Source: Akkermansia muciniphila
Lineage (GTDB): Bacteria; Verrucomicrobiota; Verrucomicrobiia; Limisphaerales; UBA9464
DNA length: 64,000 nt
Assembly (NCBI GenBank): GCA_945883815.1
Contig: CAMCYJ010000008.1
Coordinates: 1,285 to 65,284 of the forward strand
Direction: 5' to 3'
In this document: positions 18,075-26,650 of the stretch, one piece after another
How the letters are laid out: every line of letters starts with the position of its first letter
How positions within the stretch are numbered: position 1 is the first letter of the stretch
Made by a program: the position numbers and the translations under genes
The notes under the pieces: generated by a model
What the model saw: the letters and a program-made list of their open reading frames with translations, nothing else
Told to the model about the DNA's origin: nothing
The model's database searches: none

Positions 18075-19595
18075 TCAAAGCAGACGAGGCTGTCTCATGG
18101 AGGCATCCAACTCGGAGGTGAGGGCACCGGCCCGGGAACGACGACGTTCGATGATGTGCTTGTCCGTCGCCGGGTCGTAGTCGACCGGGTAATTGCCGTC
18201 GTAGCAGGCCAGGCAGAATGCGTTCTTGGGACGCCCCGTGGCTGCGACCATGCCGTCGAGGCTCAGGTAGCCGAGGGAATCCGCGTTCAGGAATCGGCGG
18301 ATTTCATCCTGCGTGTTGGTGGCCGCCATCAGCTTGCTGCGCTCCGGGAAGTCGATGCCGTACACACACGGATTGATGTGGGGCGGGCAGCTCACCAGCA
18401 CGTGCACCTCCTTGGCTCCGGCCTCCTTCAGCGAGGTGACCCGGGCCTTGCTGGTGGTGCCGCGCACGATGGAATCATCCACGATCACCACGCTCTTGCC
18501 GCGCACCAGATCGGCAATGAGGTTGAGTTTCACCCGGACGTTGAAGTCCCGGATGAACTGCGAGGGCTGCAGGAAGCTTCGGCCGACGTAGTGATTTCGC
18601 ACGAAGGCCATTTCGAAGGGGATGCCGCTTTCCAGCGAGTAGCCCAGCGCGGCGCAGTTGCCTGAATCGGGCACCGGCACGATGACATCGGCCTGAATCT
18701 TGTGTTCGCGAGCCAGCTGGCGACCCATTTCCACCCGCACCTTGTAGACGTTGCGGTTGGCGATGTTGGAGTCGGGGCGGGCGAAGTAGACGTACTCGAA
18801 AATGCAGAACGCCTCGCGCTTCGGGGTGGGGAACGCTTGGATGCTGCGGACCCCGTCGGAATTGATGATGACGATCTCGCCCGGTTCGATATCGCGGACG
18901 TACTTGGCCTGGATCAGATCGAATGCGCAGGTCTCGGAAGACAACACGAAGGCCCCGTTGTCCATGCGACCGAGGGCCAGCGGGCGGAACCCGTGGGGAT
19001 CGCGGGCCCCGATCAGCTCGTTCTCGGTGAGGATCACTAGCGAATAAGCGCCTTCGATGCGGCGCATGGTCTCGATCAAGGCGCTCTCGTGCCCGGCGCG
19101 GGCGGGTTGGGCCAAGAGATGCAGGATGATCTCGCTGTCCACCGTGGTCTGGAAGATGGATCCGCTGGCCTCGAGTTCTTCGCGCAGCTGGGCCGCGTTG
19201 GTGAGGTTGCCGTTGTGGCCGATGGCGATGCGTCCCTTGGCGCAGTCCACGGTCAGGGGTTGGGCATTGACGATGTTCGACGAACCGGTGGTCGAATAGC
19301 GCGTGTGCCCAATGCCGGTATGGCCTACCAGACGATGCAGAATGTCGCTGGTGAAGACCTGCGGCACCAGGCCCATGCCCCGGTGGATGTTGAAGGTCTT
19401 GCCGTCGGTGGTGACGATGCCCGCGCTCTCCTGTCCGCGATGCTGGAGGGCGTAGAGGCCGTAGTAGGTCAGTTCGGCGGCATTCGGATGCCCATGGATG
19501 CCAAAGACCCCGCAGTAATGCTTCGGATGGTGTTGCACGAGACGCCGGGAGAGTCCGGAAGCCGGCGTCGAAGGCAAAGGGCTTTTTTGCCCCAT
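18075..19595 (-). CDS. purF: amidophosphoribosyltransferase
   Basis: 506 aa. A propeptide precedes the catalytic CGVFGIHG. The PRPP motif VVIVDDSIVRGTTS and C-terminal Fe-S cysteines are present. Confidence 0.95.
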   Translation of the reverse strand: MGQKSPLPSTPASGLSRRLVQHHPKHYCGVFGIHGHPNAAELTYYGLYALQHRGQESAGIVTTDGKTFNIHRGMGLVPQVFTSDILHRLVGHTGIGHTRYSTTGSSNIVNAQPLTVDCAKGRIAIGHNGNLTNAAQLREELEASGSIFQTTVDSEIILHLLAQPARAGHESALIETMRRIEGAYSLVILTENELIGARDPHGFRPLALGRMDNGAFVLSSETCAFDLIQAKYVRDIEPGEIVIINSDGVRSIQAFPTPKREAFCIFEYVYFARPDSNIANRNVYKVRVEMGRQLAREHKIQADVIVPVPDSGNCAALGYSLESGIPFEMAFVRNHYVGRSFLQPSQFIRDFNVRVKLNLIADLVRGKSVVIVDDSIVRGTTSKARVTSLKEAGAKEVHVLVSCPPHINPCVYGIDFPERSKLMAATNTQDEIRRFLNADSLGYLSLDGMVAATGRPKNAFCLACYDGNYPVDYDPATDKHIIERRRSRAGALTSELDASMRQPRLL

Positions 19596-19622
19596 CGTCC
19601 TCCGACGCGCGAGGCGACCGGT

Positions 19623-22148
19623 CTAGGGATCCGTGTCTTTCGCGCTGAGGAGTTCGATGGCCAGGCTGTAGCTCTCCCCGAGGGCGTTGGTGACGGCGAA
19701 GAGGGTGCGCGGATGACCGTTGGTGACCTGCAGCGGGCCGTTTGCGGCCAGCGCCTCGAGCTGCTTCAGCGCGAGCGCGGTGTCGAAGCCGCTGCCTTTG
19801 TTGTGGCGCCCTAGCGACCAGAAACAATGGCACCTGAATGAGATGGAATCTCGACCCGGGTCCGTATCCCAAGTGGCGTGGGCTCTTCCCTCCTCGCTGC
19901 CTCCGATCCGCAGACCGAGGGCGTGGCCCGGAGGAACGTTGGCTGTCCAATCAGCCGTGATGCTGCTTTCTCCCAGAGGACGCTGGCTTGCCAACCGAAC
20001 GGCCGCCACGGCCGGCTCGCGACCCTCGGGCAGCGTGCGTCGGAAGGTCAAGCCGCCGGCACACCAGGATCCGTCGGCGTTGGTCAGCCCGAATAGCGTC
20101 AAGGGTTGACCTTCCGGTAGCCGGAGGGTGCGACCTGCTAGCCGGAAACGTAATTCCTCGGTTAACGCTGGCCCGGAGCCCTCGAAGTTCTCTGGAAGAC
20201 TGAACAACATGCTAAGGATTTGGCTGCGCCTCTTGTCATTCAGGAAGTTCGACGGTTGCTCCTGTTTCGATTCCCGTTGTCCATCGGATCGCTTCGTCCA
20301 GACCTCCAGCGATTCCCCGGGTCGAAACGGTGTTTGGGACGTGCAGTAGGGATCAAGAGAGCTCGTGAGGTTGGTGACACCGTCGAAGATGATTTCCTTG
20401 AAGGCCGGCGGAACCGACCCTTCGACCCAGGAATTGGCTGGAAGGATCTGGAGTCCAGGTGTCGCCCTATCCAACCCAGGTCGTGATGCGACGGGTGGGC
20501 CCAGAACGGGGGGCGGTACTACCGGCGGCCACGTGCCCGGTACGACCGGGGTCTTGTCGAATTTGTTCGCGAGCCGGTGAACGAGGCTTTCGAGTCGTCC
20601 GCCACCAAGGCTTGCCACTGTGACCGAGATCAGCAGAACCACTGGTAGGGTAAAGTCTCTGATTTGCCGGCCTAATCTTATTGGGGAAGGCTTCGGGTTG
20701 CTGGCCTGCATGAGCAGGACGAAGGGAAATGCGGCCACTGCAAGGTGTGCGAGCGCCAGGCCCAGTCGAATCGATGGGTCCAGCCCGAATACCGGGCGGG
20801 TAGCCATCCAGGCGACCCCCGCCAGGAGCGGGAAGAACAATGCAGCCTGTCGGTTCAGCGCCCGACGACCACCAGTTTCCAGGGTGCTCAACCACTGATC
20901 GGCCTTGAGTTTGGCTAGAGAATAACGATCGGAACGAAGTCCATAGAATACGATTAAGAAAACGGCCCAACCTGTATAGTTTCCTTCACTCCAACCCATC
21001 AAGGCCCGCACCGCTTCGTTGAATCCGGCCAATGCGAGAATGCTAGCGACCATCCATTGGTAGGTCAGTGCCCAAGGCACCAGCGACCGGTGGAGTGCGG
21101 GGGTGTTTACCTGGATGGGCGGCGGTTGGATCGGGGCTGGCGTCGCCGGGGCGGTGAGCGCCTCGACGCGGGTGCGGAACTCGGTGGCGGTCGGGAAGCG
21201 GAGCTCGGGCGCCACGGCCAGCGCCCGTAAGACCACCTCGTCGAGTCGGACATCGATCTGGATCCGGCGGGAGGGATTCTTGAGGGAGTGGCCCGGCAGT
21301 TCCCCAGTGAGCAGTTCGTACAGCACCACTCCTAGCGAGTAGATGTCGGCGCGGTGGTCGACCGGGCCGCGGGCCCGTTGTTCCGGGGCCATGTACTGCG
21401 GCGTGCCCGCGGCCGAGGCCCCGAGGGTGTCCGGCCCGCCCGCGCCCGCAGGCGGCGCGTTTACGGGCACCGTGTTCGCTGCGGCCGTGCCGGGGCCTCC
21501 CGCCGTCGCAGACCCGAGCAGCTTGGCGATGCCAAAATCAGCCACCTTCACCCGGCCCTGCTGATCGAGCAGCAGGTTCTCCGGTTTGATGTCGCGGTGC
21601 ACCACGCCGTGATCGTGCGCGTACTGGAGTGCCTCGCAGACGGGCGGGACGATGGCCAGCGCCTGTTCCGGGGTGAACCGGCCGGCCGTCATCGCCTGGC
21701 GCAAGTTGACCCCGTCCACGTATTCCATCACCAGATGGTAGAATCCGCCCGACTCGCCGAAGTCGTGGATGGTGACGATGTTGGGGTGATTCAATGAGGC
21801 CAGCGTCCGGGCCTCGGCGGTGAACCGCTCGGCGAAGCCCGGGTGGGTGCTGCGTTCTGGGGCCAGGATCTTGAGCGCTACGAACCGGTTGAGAGCTTTC
21901 TGCCGGGCTTTGTACACCACGCCCATGCCGCCGCGGCCGAGGCACTCGAGGATTTCCAACTGGGGAAAGTGCGGGGCCAAGGCCGCCGGGCTGAGGGGTT
22001 CGGAAGGCGTTTGGGCTGCCCCACCCGGTTGCGTGGGAGCCATCGCCGCCGAGAAGAGGCATCGGGGGCAGGGATTTTGCGAGGCGGCCGGGTCAAGGGC
22101 CGAGCCGCATCGCGGACAGTGGCTGGCCGAGGGAGTCGAGAGGCTCAT
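19623..22148 (-). CDS. membrane Ser/Thr protein kinase with N-terminal zinc ribbon and uncharacterised extracytoplasmic C-terminal domain
   Basis: 841 aa. Contains CPRCGSAL..CPRCLF. Hanks kinase motifs are present (GRGGMGVVYKA, HRDIKPENLL, ADFGIA, GTPQYMAPE). Several TM segments are followed by an unassigned domain of about 330 aa. The start overlaps the sigma gene stop (ATGA). Confidence 0.88.
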   Translation of the reverse strand: MSLSTPSASHCPRCGSALDPAASQNPCPRCLFSAAMAPTQPGGAAQTPSEPLSPAALAPHFPQLEILECLGRGGMGVVYKARQKALNRFVALKILAPERSTHPGFAERFTAEARTLASLNHPNIVTIHDFGESGGFYHLVMEYVDGVNLRQAMTAGRFTPEQALAIVPPVCEALQYAHDHGVVHRDIKPENLLLDQQGRVKVADFGIAKLLGSATAGGPGTAAANTVPVNAPPAGAGGPDTLGASAAGTPQYMAPEQRARGPVDHRADIYSLGVVLYELLTGELPGHSLKNPSRRIQIDVRLDEVVLRALAVAPELRFPTATEFRTRVEALTAPATPAPIQPPPIQVNTPALHRSLVPWALTYQWMVASILALAGFNEAVRALMGWSEGNYTGWAVFLIVFYGLRSDRYSLAKLKADQWLSTLETGGRRALNRQAALFFPLLAGVAWMATRPVFGLDPSIRLGLALAHLAVAAFPFVLLMQASNPKPSPIRLGRQIRDFTLPVVLLISVTVASLGGGRLESLVHRLANKFDKTPVVPGTWPPVVPPPVLGPPVASRPGLDRATPGLQILPANSWVEGSVPPAFKEIIFDGVTNLTSSLDPYCTSQTPFRPGESLEVWTKRSDGQRESKQEQPSNFLNDKRRSQILSMLFSLPENFEGSGPALTEELRFRLAGRTLRLPEGQPLTLFGLTNADGSWCAGGLTFRRTLPEGREPAVAAVRLASQRPLGESSITADWTANVPPGHALGLRIGGSEEGRAHATWDTDPGRDSISFRCHCFWSLGRHNKGSGFDTALALKQLEALAANGPLQVTNGHPRTLFAVTNALGESYSLAIELLSAKDTDP

Positions 22149-22918
22149 GCATCGGTTTCCTGCCGTGGCACGGGCGAAGGGTTACCGGGATTCATCGACT
22201 TTCTTTCCAGGGCCGCAAAGAGCGCCTGGAGCTCCGATTCAATCCCCTCGGGATGTTCCAGAGTGGCGGCGATCTCGGCGCGCAGCCGGTCACGGAATCG
22301 CCGCCGGAGTCGGTGGATCGCCACCTTGAGGGCCGTTTCGTTCATCCCGTTGCGCCGGGCCAGGTCCTTCTGGTCGCCGTGGCCTGCATCCCCGGTGAGC
22401 CAGGGCTTGGCCTCTTCAAAGAATTCGCCGCGCCCCTCGTGGATGCATTCCTGCTGCAGGGACTCCATCGCCCGCCGAAGCACAGTCAGCGCCCATTGCC
22501 GGTCGTAGGCTTCGTCGGGCGAGAGTTGGCCCGGGTCGGGAAGCGCCAGCGGTGGCCGCCCATCCGGTGAGGCATCGGTCGATAGGTGTTCGATCGCCGC
22601 GCCCCGCTTGAGGCGTCCCTCGGCCTCCCGCTGTCGGGCTACGAAGTGCTTGAGGGCCCCGAGCAGGTAGGATCGGAACCGCCCCTGGTCTTCGCTGGCG
22701 TGGGCGATGGCGCCGCCAGCCAGCAGTCGGGCGAAGAATGCGTGGGAGAGTTCCAGTGCCGAGTCCGGGTCCGGCAGGGTGCGTCGCAAGAAGGCCGTGA
22801 CCGGTTCGTAGTACGCAGCGCACAGCTCCGAAAGTGCCCGTTGACCCTCGGGCGAATCAACTTTTGCCCGCCGGACCTGTGTCCAACGGGTCTCGCGGAA
22901 TTGGGGGCCGAGCATCAT
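22145..22918 (-). CDS. ECF-type RNA polymerase sigma factor (kinase-associated type)
   Basis: 257 aa with sigma-70 region 2-like and region 4-like segments (C-terminal LKVAIHRLRRRFRDRL). It shares a 4-nt overlap with the downstream kinase gene. Confidence 0.8.
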   Translation of the reverse strand: MMLGPQFRETRWTQVRRAKVDSPEGQRALSELCAAYYEPVTAFLRRTLPDPDSALELSHAFFARLLAGGAIAHASEDQGRFRSYLLGALKHFVARQREAEGRLKRGAAIEHLSTDASPDGRPPLALPDPGQLSPDEAYDRQWALTVLRRAMESLQQECIHEGRGEFFEEAKPWLTGDAGHGDQKDLARRNGMNETALKVAIHRLRRRFRDRLRAEIAATLEHPEGIESELQALFAALERKSMNPGNPSPVPRQETDA

Positions 22919-22932
22919 CCACCACCCTAGAC

Positions 22933-23406
22933 TCAGGCCAGGTGCTCTGCCAGTTGGCCGGTGGTATCCCGCAGGCGTTGACTGAGGAGCCGCGCGATTC
23001 GAAGCAGAAATTTGGCCGCCAGCTTGGGTTGGCTGTCGAGAAGCCGGTCGAAATCGCCACGCTGCAGGACGAACAACCGGACATTGGTGTCGGCTATCAC
23101 TGTGGCCGAACGCGGTTCCCGGTTGAGGACCGACATTTCGCCGAAGGCTTTGTCCTTACCAAGGCGACCGATCACCGACTGAGACCCGTCTGAGGCGGAT
23201 TTTTGGACGGTCACACTTCCCTCAATCAGTATCCCCATGAAGGAATCCGTGTCGCCTTCCTTGCACAGGACCGTTCCAGGACCACCGGAGCAGGCTTTCA
23301 TGTATTCGGCCAAGAGCATCAGGTCGGTTCGTGTGAAGCTCAGCGACCAGACCGACTGCTCCAGCAGGTCGGCTTGTTGCTGGTTGCTCAAAGCGTGTAC
23401 TTTCAT
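22933..23406 (-). CDS. stand-alone cyclic-nucleotide-binding domain protein
   Basis: The likely start is ATG 23406 (MKVHALS...). cNMP-binding signature FGEMSVLNREPRSATVIA is present. No HTH or other output domain is seen. The ORF extends to 23559 through AT-rich sequence. Confidence 0.8.
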   Translation of the reverse strand: MKVHALSNQQQADLLEQSVWSLSFTRTDLMLLAEYMKACSGGPGTVLCKEGDTDSFMGILIEGSVTVQKSASDGSQSVIGRLGKDKAFGEMSVLNREPRSATVIADTNVRLFVLQRGDFDRLLDSQPKLAAKFLLRIARLLSQRLRDTTGQLAEHLA

Positions 23407-23561
23407 GGTGGGCGTGGGTTGAATAAAAACTGTTTTTGATGATTGTTGAAGAGTCTGGATCAAACAATTCAGATTTATTGGGTAATTGAACGGCAGATTG
23501 CGTGGTTTTGACGGATCCGTAATGAAGGTGCCATGACGACAGGTTGTTATTGTCGACACTG

Positions 23562-26036
23562 ATGAATGCTGAAGTTGAGAATGCCGGCAGCGAAGGCAGG
23601 ATCGCCGCCTTCAGTCGACAGCATCAAACCGGCCTGGTGACCCTGATGTTCACCGATCTGGTGGGTTCCACCCAACTCAAGCAGCGCATGGGCGACTGGC
23701 TCGGAGTGCGGCGTATCCAAGAACACCACGCCATGGTCCGAGGATTGTTGGCCGAGTTTGCGGAGGCGGCCGAGATTAGCACCGCCGGCGATTCGTTCTT
23801 CCTGGTGTTCGCACGCCCATCCGACGCTGTGGTCTTCGCTCTCAGGCTTCAAAAGGAGCTCCGGGATTCAGCCCATGCCGACGAGACTCCGCTTCGGGAC
23901 CGCATCGGCATCCACCTCGGTGAGGTGGTGATCGAGAAGGGGCAGAGCCGGCGGGTCCACGACTTGTACGGAATCCAAGTCGACCTTTGTGCCCGCCTGA
24001 TGTCGCTGGCCGGGGCCGATCAGATCCTCACCAGCTCGCTGGTCTTTGAAAGCGCCCGCGATGCCTTGGCGCGTGGGTCTGACGATCTGGCCGCGGTGCG
24101 CTGGGAGCGGCATGGCCGCTATACCCTGAAGGGCATCAACCTGCCGGTCGATGTCCATGAGGTCGGTGAGGCGGGCGTCGTTCCGTTCTGGAAGCCGCCG
24201 GGAGCATTGGCCGAGGAGCGGGTTTCTCAGGCTCCGCTGGCGCCTCCTCCCGAGACGGCTCTCGCGACCCCGATTACCCGCCCGGTCAAACGAGTGCCTT
24301 GGACGGCCCTGGGCGTGGGGGTTAGCCTGCTGATCCTGGGAGGCCTGCTCGGCTGGCGGTGGATGTCGCCCCGGACGGAGCGTCTGGCCATCCTGCCGTT
24401 CCAATCCCCCGAGGCGGGCCCCCGGGCCGACGATTTCGGCATCGGTCTGGCCGAACGGGTCGAGGCCCGGCTCCAGGAGCAGGTCGCCGAATCCAAAACC
24501 CTGCGCTTCTCGCCGCTGCGCGACGCGGTGGACAACGGCGTGACCAACGCGGTGCTGGCGGGTTCCAAGTTGGCGGCCGACCTGGTTGTCGAGGGGAGCT
24601 TGTCTGGCGGGCTCAACCGTCGGCGCCTGGTGGTGAGCCTGCAGGCCCGCGCCCCGAACGGGGCCTTCATCGAACGACGCTCGGGCGAGTTCTCCCAGAA
24701 GTCGGAGGAGACCCTGGTCCAGTTCGAGGTGCGTCTGGCCCGGCAGTTGGCCGAATGGCTGGGGGCTTCCGGATCGAAGGGGGGTGGCTCCGGTGGTTCC
24801 CAAGTGCCGGCCGTTTCCGAGGAACCCTCGCCCCCGGTTGATCCACAGGTGGCTGAGTTGCACCTGGAGGGTCTGGGTGCCCTCCGGAACCGACATGTGA
24901 AGGGCAGTCTCGAGAAGGCGGTCCGGGACCTCCGGTTGGCCCACACCCAACGCCCGGAGGATCGCGATATTTGTGCCGATTATGCCGAGGCGCTGTTCTG
25001 GACCTTCGACCAGAATCAGGATCCCGAGGATCTTATCCTGGCCGAGACGGTCGCCGAGAGGAATGCCCTGCGGAAACCCGCGTCCGGGCGAGCCAGCGCT
25101 GTCCTGGGGATGATCCTGGTGTTGACCGACCGACCTTCTGAGGCAGTACCGCATCTCCGCAAAGCCTTGGAGCTGAGTCGATCCAACAGTCGGGCCCGGG
25201 TGGATCTGGCGTGGGCTCTGGGAAAGATGGGGCAGACTGAGGAAGCCTCCGCCGAGTTCGACCGGGCTACCGCCCTGGATCGTGGCGATTGGTACGCCTA
25301 CAATCTGAGGGGCTTGTTTTTGATGGGCGAGGGGCTTTTCGACTTGGCTGAGCAGGAATTCCAGAAAGTCGCTCGGATAGCACCCGGCAATTACCAAGGG
25401 ACTGCGAATGCCGGCACCCTGGCCCTGCTGCATCGTGGAGATAGACCTGCCGGGAGGAAACTCTTGGAAGAAGCCCTCGCTAACAACCCTTCGCTGGTGA
25501 TGGCCGGCGAGATCCGTATGAGGTTGGGATGGGCGTTGCTGGTGGATGAGCCGGACCGAGCCCTGAGGGAATTGGAAAGAGCAACCCGAGAGGCTCCCGG
25601 CAACATCGGGTGTGCCATGGTCCTTGGCGAAGCGCTGATGTCCCGAGGCGACTCAGAAGGCCATGCACGCGCACTAGTGGAGTACGAGCGCGCTCTCCGG
25701 TCGCTGGATCAGAGAATCCGGCGTCTCTCCAAGCACGCCATCAATTCTGCGAATGATCGCATGGATCGGTCCCTTTGCCTGGCCGCTTTGGGACGTTCCG
25801 CCGAGGCGATGACCGAATTGGGGCGTTTGCTCTCCGAATCTCAAAAGAACCCGGATGCATGGTTGGTCAGCGCGATCGTTGAGTCGATGGCGGGACAGAA
25901 AGACCGGGCGTTGGAGTCAATGCGAATGGCCCACCGACTCGGCATATCCGAGGAACGCATGAGCGAAGAGTGGCCGCTAAGACCGTTGCTCAAGGATTTC
26001 AAGGGCGATGAACGCTCGTTGAAGAAAAAAACATGA
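23562..26036 (+). CDS. class III adenylate/guanylate cyclase with TM segment, periplasmic region and TPR repeats
   Basis: The cyclase catalytic core is at the N-terminus (VTLMFTDLVGSTQL...GDSFFLVFA...RIGIHLGEVV). A TM helix lies near aa 255-275. The C-terminus has TPR-like repeats. An alternative TTG start is at 23544. Confidence 0.88.
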   Translation: MNAEVENAGSEGRIAAFSRQHQTGLVTLMFTDLVGSTQLKQRMGDWLGVRRIQEHHAMVRGLLAEFAEAAEISTAGDSFFLVFARPSDAVVFALRLQKELRDSAHADETPLRDRIGIHLGEVVIEKGQSRRVHDLYGIQVDLCARLMSLAGADQILTSSLVFESARDALARGSDDLAAVRWERHGRYTLKGINLPVDVHEVGEAGVVPFWKPPGALAEERVSQAPLAPPPETALATPITRPVKRVPWTALGVGVSLLILGGLLGWRWMSPRTERLAILPFQSPEAGPRADDFGIGLAERVEARLQEQVAESKTLRFSPLRDAVDNGVTNAVLAGSKLAADLVVEGSLSGGLNRRRLVVSLQARAPNGAFIERRSGEFSQKSEETLVQFEVRLARQLAEWLGASGSKGGGSGGSQVPAVSEEPSPPVDPQVAELHLEGLGALRNRHVKGSLEKAVRDLRLAHTQRPEDRDICADYAEALFWTFDQNQDPEDLILAETVAERNALRKPASGRASAVLGMILVLTDRPSEAVPHLRKALELSRSNSRARVDLAWALGKMGQTEEASAEFDRATALDRGDWYAYNLRGLFLMGEGLFDLAEQEFQKVARIAPGNYQGTANAGTLALLHRGDRPAGRKLLEEALANNPSLVMAGEIRMRLGWALLVDEPDRALRELERATREAPGNIGCAMVLGEALMSRGDSEGHARALVEYERALRSLDQRIRRLSKHAINSANDRMDRSLCLAALGRSAEAMTELGRLLSESQKNPDAWLVSAIVESMAGQKDRALESMRMAHRLGISEERMSEEWPLRPLLKDFKGDERSLKKKT

Positions 26037-26491
26037 AAACACCCAGCAAAACCAAGAAACCATCCGTCTCCAAGACCTCGGCCGTCGCCAAGGCCTCCAA
26101 GGCGGCACCCAAACTCAAGAAGGTCGATGCGTTGGCGGTGGCCGATGTCGTCATTGGCTTGGACACGTTCGGCCGCGTGACCTACTCCACCAATACCTTG
26201 GCGCCGGTCCTAGATGGTGAGTTAGCCGTCCGACCTGGGGCCGCGGTGACTTTTTCATGCCATATCGGAGCGTTGGCGGTTGGCCTCCTGCCCGTTAAGA
26301 CCGAGGGACCCAGAATCGAGTTCAGGGTGGGGAGTGCACCGACTGGAGGCCGAATTTCGTTTGAAGTTCCCAAGGAGGCGAAAACGAGTCTTTACAAATA
26401 TACGTTCACGATATTCTTCGATAACTCGAAGCCCAAGACGAATATCGGCAGCGCAATGACGGTAGACCCGAGATTTCGCGTTCTTCTCTGA
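26033..26491 (+). CDS. hypothetical protein, translationally coupled to the cyclase
   Basis: 152 aa. ATGA overlap with the cyclase stop. It has a Lys/Ser/Ala-rich N-terminus followed by a beta-rich region. I recognise no family. Confidence 0.55.
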   Translation: MKTPSKTKKPSVSKTSAVAKASKAAPKLKKVDALAVADVVIGLDTFGRVTYSTNTLAPVLDGELAVRPGAAVTFSCHIGALAVGLLPVKTEGPRIEFRVGSAPTGGRISFEVPKEAKTSLYKYTFTIFFDNSKPKTNIGSAMTVDPRFRVLL

Positions 26492-26650
26492 TCTTCCAGG
26501 ATTCAGACCTGCACCGCCGGGCCCGTGCCGGTCTCATGACCAATAAGTGTCCTGCGGTCGGCGCGGTTTTTGTTTTTTGTGCCGGCGTGCCCGAGGTCCT
26601 GCTGGCGGTCCGGCAGGGCTTCGGGCAATCTTTTCCACGATCACTCTCCT

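Noticed and set aside
18475-19950. 491-aa Arg/Pro-rich ORF overlapping purF in another frame
   Set aside because: purF in the other frame has unambiguous homology. This translation is compositionally biased and spans the purF/kinase intergenic gap.
23868-25433. 521-aa ORF on the minus strand
   Set aside because: It is a shadow ORF antisense to the cyclase/TPR gene, and the translation is low in complexity.
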